From: Candidatus Staskawiczbacteria bacterium | Lineage (GTDB): Bacteria > Patescibacteriota > Minisyncoccia > Minisyncoccales > Staskawiczbacteraceae | NCBI GenBank assembly: GCA_026395215.1 | Contig: JAPLZC010000010.1 | Span: 140,150-204,149, forward strand | Length of the DNA: 64,000 nt | Direction of reading: 5' to 3' | Shown here: positions 56,762-64,000 of the stretch, one piece after another | Layout: each line of letters starts with the position of its first letter | Position numbering within the stretch: the first letter of the stretch is position 1 | Made by a program: the position numbers and the translations under genes | The notes under the pieces: model-generated | Databases searched by the model: none | Seen by the model: the letters and a program-made list of their open reading frames with translations, nothing else | What the model was told of the DNA's origin: nothing

Positions 56762-58039
56762 TTATATTTTTAATAGTTGCTTAATCCTAGTAGAATCTTT
56801 CTCTTCAATTGGGCCTATGACGGCTAAATTGATTTTCTCTGGCACAAATATATCTTCTGCTACATTCTTTATATCATCTATAGAAACCATGTCAATTAAT
56901 TTAAATTTTTCTTCTGGTGTTAGAATGTTTTTTTCCAACAATTCTTGCACAGCATAAAAAGACGCCTGACTATCTGAAGAATCTAAAGATAATGATGTTG
57001 TACCTTTTAAATAATCTTTTGCCTTTTGCAATTCTTTTTCTGTGATTTTATTATTTTTTAAATCTTTATATTCCTGCAATATTAATTCTATGGCTTTTTC
57101 CAGATTTTTGTGGTCAATCCCAGCTTGAGTAACTAAATATCCGGTATCTGTGGTTGCGTCAGCAGAAGTATGTATAGAATAAGCCAGACCATTTCTCTCT
57201 CTTACTTTTATAAAAAGGCGCGAACTCATATTCCCTCCTAAAATTATTGACAGCAAAGCCAAAGAATATCTTCTTTTATCAAACATATCATATGCTCTTA
57301 CTCCCAAACAAAAATGTGTTTGGTCTGTTTTTTTGTAATGTAATAAAACTTCCGGTTCAGATTGTTCTTCTCTCACCTCAATTTTTTGATCTATGGCTGA
57401 CTTCCCTCCTTTTTTAAAATAATCTTCTATTTTTTTGGTGGCCTCTTTTTCATTAATGGCTCCAGCAACACAAACTATCACATTTGACGGCGAATAATGC
57501 GATTTATAATATTCTACAACCTTTTCTCTATCAAAACTTAAAATATTTTCCTTTTCTCCTATAACCATCCAACCTGCCGGCTGGTCTCCATATAAAAGTT
57601 TTTCCCAAAGATCTCCAAGATAGGCCGTAGGAGTATCCAAATACATATTTACTTCTTCAATTATCACCCCTTTTTCTCTTTTCACCTCTTCCTCATCAAA
57701 TTTAGAGTTTAAAAAAATGTCAGAAATCCAATCTAGCGCAACATCAAAATGGGATTTATCAACCTTAGCATAAAATCCTGTTATTTCTTTTGAGGTAAAA
57801 GCATTGTATTCTCCACCAACTGAATCTAAGGTTTCTGAAACATCCAAAGTATTTGGCCTTTTTTTTGTCCCTTTAAAAAACATATGTTCCAAGAAATGGG
57901 AGATTCCATTTATGTCTTTTGTTTCATATTTTGACCCAGTGCCAACCAATATCAAAACCGTCACACTGTTAGCGTTTTCCATTGGGATTGTTATAACTCT
58001 CAACCCATTATCTAAAGTAATTTTTTTATAATTTGCCAT
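56762..58039 (-). CDS. M16-family zinc peptidase (insulinase-like)
   Basis: HFLEHMFFKGT contains the inverted zinc-binding HxxEH motif. Confidence 0.8.
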   Translation of the reverse strand: MANYKKITLDNGLRVITIPMENANSVTVLILVGTGSKYETKDINGISHFLEHMFFKGTKKRPNTLDVSETLDSVGGEYNAFTSKEITGFYAKVDKSHFDVALDWISDIFLNSKFDEEEVKREKGVIIEEVNMYLDTPTAYLGDLWEKLLYGDQPAGWMVIGEKENILSFDREKVVEYYKSHYSPSNVIVCVAGAINEKEATKKIEDYFKKGGKSAIDQKIEVREEQSEPEVLLHYKKTDQTHFCLGVRAYDMFDKRRYSLALLSIILGGNMSSRLFIKVRERNGLAYSIHTSADATTDTGYLVTQAGIDHKNLEKAIELILQEYKDLKNNKITEKELQKAKDYLKGTTSLSLDSSDSQASFYAVQELLEKNILTPEEKFKLIDMVSIDDIKNVAEDIFVPEKINLAVIGPIEEKDSTRIKQLLKI

Positions 58040-59321
58040 TAATATAAGAATTTAAACCTTTTATTTTTATTCTCTCTTGCTTCATAGTATCACGGTCTCT
58101 GACAGTTACTGCTTCATCTTTTAAGGTGTCGAAATCAACTGTTATACAAAATGGAGTTCCAATTTCATCTTGACTATAATATCTTTTGCCAATGTTTCCC
58201 CTTTCATCAAAAATAACTGTAAACTCTTTTTTTAAATCAGAATATATTTCTTTAGCCTTTGCCACCAATTCAGGTTTATTTTTCAAAAGTGGGAAAACAG
58301 CCACTTTATACGGAGCCAAACTGGGCTTTAATTTTAAAACAATGCGCTCTTCTTCCTCTGTATAAGCGTCCAGCATTAAGAATAAAAAAGTGCGATCAAC
58401 TCCACCGGAAGTTTCAACAATATTTGGAATAAATTTTTCATTTGTTTCCAGATCGGCATAACTCAAATCCTGTCCGGAAAATTCCGAATGTCTGGACAAA
58501 TCCCAATCACCACGCCAATGGATTCCCTCCATTTCTTTCCCAACCGGTGATGCAATATATTCAATGTCAAAAGCTTTTTTGGCATAATGCGCCAACTTTT
58601 CATGCTTATAAAATCCGAGATTTTTCGGATTAGTAAAAATACTTTTATACCAATTCATTCTTTCTTCTTTCCAAAATTCAAACCATTTTTCCATTTCATC
58701 GGGACGGCAAAACCATTGTAAATCCCACTGCTCAAATTCTCTTTGTCTGAAAAGAAAATTCCCTGGAGTCACTTCGTTTCTAAAAGCTTTTCCTATTTGG
58801 CAAATTCCAAAAGGAATTTTTATACGTGTACTGTCTAATACATTTTTATAATCAAGGTAAATAGTCTGACACGCTTCTCCCCTAAGATAAGCATCCACTT
58901 TTTCGCCTTCAACTACTCCAAGTTTGCTAGGAACTAAAATATTAAATATTTTTGGCTCAGTCAGAAGGCCGTCGCATTCGGAGCATTTGTCGCCGGTAAT
59001 ATCATCTGCCTTAAAACGATGATGGCATTTTTTACATTCAACAAGCGGGTCAACAAAATTTTTCACATGGCCACTAGCTTCCCAGACCTTAGGATTTGTA
59101 ATTATTGCGCCGTCTATTCCAACTATATTTTCATGTTCTTTTGTCATCCAGTTCCACCATAGTTTTTTCAAATTATTTTTCATTTCCACTCCAAGCGGAC
59201 CGTAATCATAAAAACCCTGTAACCCTCCATATATTTCAGAACCGGGAAACACAAAACCCCGCCTCTTGCACAAAGATACAATTTTCTCCATTAATTCTTG
59301 ATTAATTTTTTCTTTTGCCAT
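58026..59321 (-). CDS. glyQS: Glycine--tRNA ligase (class II, dimeric alpha2 type)
   Basis: RRGFVFPGSEIYGGLQGFYDYGPLG N-terminus. Class II motifs 2 and 3 (FRNE, GGGVDR). Confidence 0.85.
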   Translation of the reverse strand: MAKEKINQELMEKIVSLCKRRGFVFPGSEIYGGLQGFYDYGPLGVEMKNNLKKLWWNWMTKEHENIVGIDGAIITNPKVWEASGHVKNFVDPLVECKKCHHRFKADDITGDKCSECDGLLTEPKIFNILVPSKLGVVEGEKVDAYLRGEACQTIYLDYKNVLDSTRIKIPFGICQIGKAFRNEVTPGNFLFRQREFEQWDLQWFCRPDEMEKWFEFWKEERMNWYKSIFTNPKNLGFYKHEKLAHYAKKAFDIEYIASPVGKEMEGIHWRGDWDLSRHSEFSGQDLSYADLETNEKFIPNIVETSGGVDRTFLFLMLDAYTEEEERIVLKLKPSLAPYKVAVFPLLKNKPELVAKAKEIYSDLKKEFTVIFDERGNIGKRYYSQDEIGTPFCITVDFDTLKDEAVTVRDRDTMKQERIKIKGLNSYINGKL

Positions 59322-59433
59322 AAATTTATTGTTTAAACTTAATTTATCTTACTCTTTTAAGCCTACAAATTCAATGTTTCACACAAAAAAAGAGCCAACT
59401 GGGTTGTTGGCATCATATCTATGTGATTGGAGA

Positions 59434-60006
59434 TTACTCGAGCGTTTCGGCAAATTTCCGTATTGTAGTGGGAAGCAACCGGCGCTCCACACGCTTAATG
59501 CGTTCGTGGAGTATTGCTTCGGTATCAAAAGGAAGTACCGAGACTTCTTCTTGGGCAAGAATCGGACCCTCATCAAGCTCCTTGGTTGCAATGTGAATTG
59601 TGCAACCAGTCACTTTCGCGCCGGATGACAGAGCATCCCGAACTGCATGTTCGCCCTTAAACAAGGGCAACAAGGAAGGGTGGTTATTGATAATCCGACC
59701 TTCGTAGCACCGGTTATTATGAGGAAGAAAAATGACTGGATGCAATATCGTCATGAAGCCGGCCATAGAGACAAAATCAATTTCGAAACCATCTAATACC
59801 ATAGCAACCAGACTGGTGTATGTTTCACGATCGAAATCTGGCTTAAATGTCCGCGCCAGAAGTGCTGTTGGTATTCCAGCCTTCGTTGCGATTTCCAAAC
59901 CGCGACATTGGCGATCTGCCAACACAAGGCTGATTTCAAGGTCAGCAGCTTTCAAGGCCTCGAGTAAGGTACCGGTTCCGGAAACAAGTACTGCGAATCT
60001 TTTCAC
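59434..60006 (-). CDS. purN: Phosphoribosylglycinamide formyltransferase
   Basis: FAVLVSGTGTLLEAL and NNHPSLLPLFKG motifs. GC-rich. Probable GTG start at 60006 (SD caggag 7 nt upstream); the ORF track extends to 60066. Confidence 0.75.
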   Translation of the reverse strand: MKRFAVLVSGTGTLLEALKAADLEISLVLADRQCRGLEIATKAGIPTALLARTFKPDFDRETYTSLVAMVLDGFEIDFVSMAGFMTILHPVIFLPHNNRCYEGRIINNHPSLLPLFKGEHAVRDALSSGAKVTGCTIHIATKELDEGPILAQEEVSVLPFDTEAILHERIKRVERRLLPTTIRKFAETLE

Positions 60007-60097
60007 GTTGAATCTCCTGTTTTCAAGGTGCGAGACTTTCACACCTGATTTATCATACCTTACCACAACAAATTGTTTTTATCAATTTTTTGCAAAA

Positions 60098-60121
60098 AAA
60101 GAAGGCAACGAGTGTTGCCTT
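60098..60121 (-). terminator. Terminator hairpin (aaggcaac-gagt-gttgcctt) with minus-strand T-run after purD
   Basis: Perfect 8-bp stem, with an A-run on the plus strand immediately upstream. Confidence 0.5.
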
Positions 60122-60146
60122 ATGTATAATTGTTAGACTTCAGGAT

Positions 60147-61454
60147 TCAGGATTTCTTGAGAGCACGAGCCCCAATGTCGGACCGGAATCTCATGCCGGA
60201 GAAACGGATACATTTCACTGCTTTGTACGCGGTATCAACGGCCTCGGCGATAGTGTCTTTGAGAGCCGTAATGCCCAAAACTCGACCACCATTAACCACG
60301 ACGTTGAATTCGCATGTTTTTGTTCCGGCATGAAAGACTTCCACGCCCGGAATAGACCTTGCCTCACTAATGCCGACTATCGGCATTCCCTTTTCATAGT
60401 GGCCCGGATAACCATCAGCAGCTGCTACTACGCACACGCAGGCTTGCGGCTTCCAACGCACAAGGTCAGGAGTGAGGTTGCCGTCAATACAGGCCTCTAA
60501 CGCAGGAATCAGATCGCCCTTAATGCGAGGTAGAATCACCTGCGTCTCGGGATCGCCGAATCGGCAGTTGAACTCCAGCACCTTGGGACCGGATTTGGTA
60601 ATCATCAGGCCGGCGTACAATACGCCTTTGTAGACAATCCCACGCTTGCGCAGTTCGACCAATGTCGGGCCAAACACTTCGCGCTCGATGATGCGCTCCA
60701 ATTCTGGCGTAATTATCGGCGCGGGCGAATAGGCACCCATGCCACCGGTATTGGGACCTTGGTCGTCGTCGAATGCGCGCTTGTGATCTTGTGCTGAGGA
60801 CAGCATCACCACGTGTTCGCCATCTACCAAAGCCAATACAGAGGCTTCCTCTCCTTCGAGATATTCTTCAACCAACACTCGTGCACCAGCCGAACCGAAC
60901 ACTTTTTTCACGAGTGCTTCGGTAATCGCACCCATAGCCTCTGCCACTGTGTTGCACACGACAACGCCCTTGCCAGCAGCCAAGCCGTCGGCCTTGATGA
61001 CAACTTTGGCATTCTTTTGTTTCATGAATATCTGTTGCACCAGCCTTTGTGCTCTTGGGGCATCGTCGAACCACTGGGATTTTGCCGTTGGAACACCCGC
61101 AGCATCCATCACTTCCTTGGCAAAGATTTTGCTGCCTTCCAGTTTGGCAGCCGCCTTGCAGGGACCAAATACGCGCAGTCCCTCTTTTTCAAATTGATCA
61201 ACCAACCCGGCGCACAGTGGCACCTCCGGACCGACAATAGTCAAATCCGGGCGGTTAGTTTTTGCCCACGCAACAAGCGTAGGCACATCTTCAGCAGAAA
61301 TCGGCACGTTTATTGCCAATTCAGCCATACCAGCATTACCTGGCGCGCAAAACAAGGACGGCCTTGTGCTGTCGCGAGACAGTTTCCACACAAGAGCATG
61401 TTCCCGTCCACCACCACCAATAACCAGGATTTTCATCTTGGTTCTCCTTATCAT
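60147..61454 (-). CDS. purD: Phosphoribosylamine--glycine ligase
   Basis: MKILVIGGGGREHALVWKL N-terminus and an ATP-grasp core. GC-rich relative to flanking DNA. Confidence 0.85.
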   Translation of the reverse strand: MIRRTKMKILVIGGGGREHALVWKLSRDSTRPSLFCAPGNAGMAELAINVPISAEDVPTLVAWAKTNRPDLTIVGPEVPLCAGLVDQFEKEGLRVFGPCKAAAKLEGSKIFAKEVMDAAGVPTAKSQWFDDAPRAQRLVQQIFMKQKNAKVVIKADGLAAGKGVVVCNTVAEAMGAITEALVKKVFGSAGARVLVEEYLEGEEASVLALVDGEHVVMLSSAQDHKRAFDDDQGPNTGGMGAYSPAPIITPELERIIEREVFGPTLVELRKRGIVYKGVLYAGLMITKSGPKVLEFNCRFGDPETQVILPRIKGDLIPALEACIDGNLTPDLVRWKPQACVCVVAAADGYPGHYEKGMPIVGISEARSIPGVEVFHAGTKTCEFNVVVNGGRVLGITALKDTIAEAVDTAYKAVKCIRFSGMRFRSDIGARALKKS

Positions 61455-61544
61455 TATTCATCTTACAACGAGCCTGATCAGACAGATACTTTTTTCCTGT
61501 CCATCATACAATCAGACTACACCAAATTATAAAAAAGTCAAAAT

Positions 61545-63206
61545 TTATTGGACTATTCCGCCGGCGGAGTTGGTAAAGTCGTCGGGGAGGGTTGTGTTAA
61601 TGGCAGAATCCTGAGAGGTTATTATTGTGTTTGTGAACTGATTTTCCCCTGAAATCTGAACCTGGCCCATTAACTGTGCCGCTGAACCTTTTTGTGAATT
61701 ATCTGGAGTTAGAGAAACCTGAAATGAAAGCGCAACAGGATCTCCTGTAACTCCTGTGCCTGCTGTGATATCACCAACTGACCAAACAATTTCCCGGCTA
61801 GCAGAATCAAAAGAAAAATTAGACAATTCGTCTTGTGGCATGATTCGGCCAGTTAAACTTACATTCTTAGGCATAATTGCCTTTACTTTAACATTCTTTT
61901 CATCACTGAAATAATTTTTAATCTCCCAATTTATCGTGTAAGTTGTCGCTTTGCCTGCCTGAGGAGGGGTTGGCCCAGAGTTAGAAATATCAGAACTTTT
62001 ATAATATCCTTTCTGAGAAATTAATAATCCGGAACTTACTTTTATGCTAAATTTTTGAGTTATTTGTGAGATATTAATGGAGTCAGATATTATGGCGCTG
62101 TTTGCATCGGTTGCCGATGGAGTCCAATCATCTTTTACTTTTATGCTAAAATCAACCTCACCTTGCTCCTGGACATCTAAGTGCCTCAACTGTGATGACT
62201 GACTATAATCCCAGACAATCATATTATCATTTGGTTGCGCCTGTCCCCCGTCTTCAGCCTGCATAGTAGACATATCTAGGGCAGAGCCATCAATTTTTGC
62301 CACCATAAATAAATTATCAAAAGAATTAGAACCTATATTCCTGAAAAAAATCTTATAATGCAAAGTTTCGCCGGGCGAAGCAACGTAAGAATCTGATCCA
62401 TTAACCTGTTGTGAAATAAATAATAACGGCTGTATAACCTGAACTGTTGTACTGGCTTGTTCTATTACAACAAAATTTCCATTTTGCCACATCCCCAATG
62501 AAACTGAAAAAACTAAATTTTGATTGGCATTTGCCGAAACCTTGCCCAAAATATTAATCCTGCCTCCTTGCGCTTTATTTAAGGTTTGTAATTTCCATTC
62601 AATATTATCTAAAGATGCAGGATCAGATGAGGTAAAATCAAAACCGGGGACAGAGTCTATTTTTATGCTAAGATTTTCCAACGGGTAATCTACATTGGAA
62701 AAATAATTAATTGAATATGGCAAGGCTTTTCCCTGTTCAGCTTTAGTTGGTAAATCAAAATCTAAAGTAATTGGACTAGCATCAATTTTTGTGATAAAAG
62801 TTGTCTTTGATTCATAGGGGGCGGTTATGTTTTTAGGTACATAAGAAATAGACGCCTTGGCTGTTTTCAAATCTTCATCCTTTCCCAAAAGCCTCGCCTT
62901 AAAACTCACAGATTCCTGAGCGCCAGGATAAATATCGCTTAAAGTTTTAGTAATCATTGTTTTCCCGTCTTCGGTCAAAGAATTATCCGGTAAAACAAAA
63001 GTTAACTTTGCCTTCTCTAAAACAAAATTACCGTTGTTTTTATACTGCACAGTGTACTGTATCTCATCTCCAATTTTGGCAGTATCTGGTCCCAAAATCT
63101 CAAATCTTAAAATTTCTTTTGAGAACATGCTCCCTCTGTAAAGCAAGAAAATTGCCACCAACACAACTATAATTATAAATAAAATTAAAAGTATTTTTTT
63201 GCTCAT
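61545..63206 (-). CDS. Large membrane-anchored surface protein with DUF11/Ig-like repeats
   Basis: N-terminal TM (ILLILFIIIVVLVAIFLLY) followed by about 530 aa of beta-rich repeat domains (Thr/Ser/Asn-rich). Confidence 0.5.
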   Translation of the reverse strand: MSKKILLILFIIIVVLVAIFLLYRGSMFSKEILRFEILGPDTAKIGDEIQYTVQYKNNGNFVLEKAKLTFVLPDNSLTEDGKTMITKTLSDIYPGAQESVSFKARLLGKDEDLKTAKASISYVPKNITAPYESKTTFITKIDASPITLDFDLPTKAEQGKALPYSINYFSNVDYPLENLSIKIDSVPGFDFTSSDPASLDNIEWKLQTLNKAQGGRINILGKVSANANQNLVFSVSLGMWQNGNFVVIEQASTTVQVIQPLLFISQQVNGSDSYVASPGETLHYKIFFRNIGSNSFDNLFMVAKIDGSALDMSTMQAEDGGQAQPNDNMIVWDYSQSSQLRHLDVQEQGEVDFSIKVKDDWTPSATDANSAIISDSINISQITQKFSIKVSSGLLISQKGYYKSSDISNSGPTPPQAGKATTYTINWEIKNYFSDEKNVKVKAIMPKNVSLTGRIMPQDELSNFSFDSASREIVWSVGDITAGTGVTGDPVALSFQVSLTPDNSQKGSAAQLMGQVQISGENQFTNTIITSQDSAINTTLPDDFTNSAGGIVQ

Positions 63207-63242
63207 ATTTATGGGTTATTACTATGTTTTATATTAACTTAA

Positions 63243-63974
63243 TTATACCACTTCTCTAGACAGCGTGTAAGAATAATAATTATTTGATATTTCTTTAAAC
63301 AATTTTTGACTCTCAGGTCCCACCTTTAACTTAGATATTATCTGCCATTCTTTATTAAGAATTAGCCGAAGTACTTTTACTATGTCAGCGTTTATTCTTT
63401 CGGCCGGAGCATCATGGCTCAAGCATTTTTTACAAATTGTACCTCCCGTCTTAGCAGAAAAGTATATTTCGGAGAAATTGAGTTTGTCTCGGCAAATATT
63501 GCATTTTTGAGACTCTGGTTTATACCCAAACAAAGAAAGTGCATTCCATAAAAAATAATAATACACCATTGTATATTTATCATTTTTTAATTTTTCATCG
63601 TTTAGTTTGTGAAAAACTTCATTCAATAAATTAAAAAAATCCTCGTCTTTCTCCTGACCTATAACAAAACTGTCCAGCACATCTCCTATTCTATTAGCAA
63701 TTCCAAACTTCTCCAAATCTTGAAAAATACCGCTGAATTTTTCTATTGCAGCCGCGTCTATGAGTGTCTTCCTGTTTTTGCCCTGTACAAATTCTATGTC
63801 AGAAATGTAAAAAGTATCTATTCCGCTTCTTAGTTTTGAAGCATTTTTTCTTATGGCCTTTGCAAATATATCCAGCCGCCCAAAATCATCCGTAAAAACA
63901 GAATAAACCCTATCTGCTTCATTCCTATCACTCTTTTTAAAAACAAAAGCCCGTGTCTTATATCGAGTCGTCAT
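63243..63974 (-). CDS. recO: DNA repair protein RecO
   Basis: N-terminal OB-fold region (YKTRAFVFKKSDRNEADRVYSVFTDDFGRLDIFAKAIRK). C-terminal Zn finger CNICRDKL...CKKC. Confidence 0.75.
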   Translation of the reverse strand: MTTRYKTRAFVFKKSDRNEADRVYSVFTDDFGRLDIFAKAIRKNASKLRSGIDTFYISDIEFVQGKNRKTLIDAAAIEKFSGIFQDLEKFGIANRIGDVLDSFVIGQEKDEDFFNLLNEVFHKLNDEKLKNDKYTMVYYYFLWNALSLFGYKPESQKCNICRDKLNFSEIYFSAKTGGTICKKCLSHDAPAERINADIVKVLRLILNKEWQIISKLKVGPESQKLFKEISNNYYSYTLSREVV

Positions 63975-64000
63975 TTTCCTATCTTTTTGAATTTTTTTCC

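Overview
This is a low-GC (about 35%) bacterial chromosome segment with nearly all genes on the minus strand. I infer a Patescibacteria/CPR-like or similarly reduced genome from gene content (compact housekeeping genes, peptidoglycan-binding surface proteins, type IV pilin, ComEC, a ComEA-like surface protein, a membrane-anchored SNase) and low GC. Housekeeping genes include rlmN, clpB, nrdD/nrdG, ftsZ/ftsA, ybeY, rpsU, hisS, lepB, pth, a short-form mfd, topA, rel, glyA, tsaC, iorAB, leuS, tatD, metG, glyQS and recO, plus tRNA-Cys(GCA) and tRNA-Leu(CAA). The strongest discovery is a complete diversity-generating retroelement (DGR). It comprises a reverse transcriptase (34472-35455, minus), an Avd-like four-helix-bundle gene (35429-35836, plus), a template repeat TR (35854-35983) and a variable repeat VR (36366-36495) at the 3' end of a GC-rich target gene (36360-37004, minus). 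All 12 TR/VR mismatches fall on template adenines, and a small hairpin sits just downstream of the VR. Other notable points are a DNA-uptake set (a surface protein with ComEA-like HhH, LTD and Ig-like domains, an SNase-like nuclease, a pilin, ComEC) and several GC-rich compositional islets (pheA plus a DAHP-synthase-like fragment, purN/purD, small self-contained cassettes). There are also in-frame duplicated 3' coding ends downstream of rlmN and a glycoside hydrolase, a GC-rich double-hairpin patch inside rlmN, and a large palindrome and ATCTGT motif array around rpsU. No CRISPR array, rRNA or recognisable transposase was seen.
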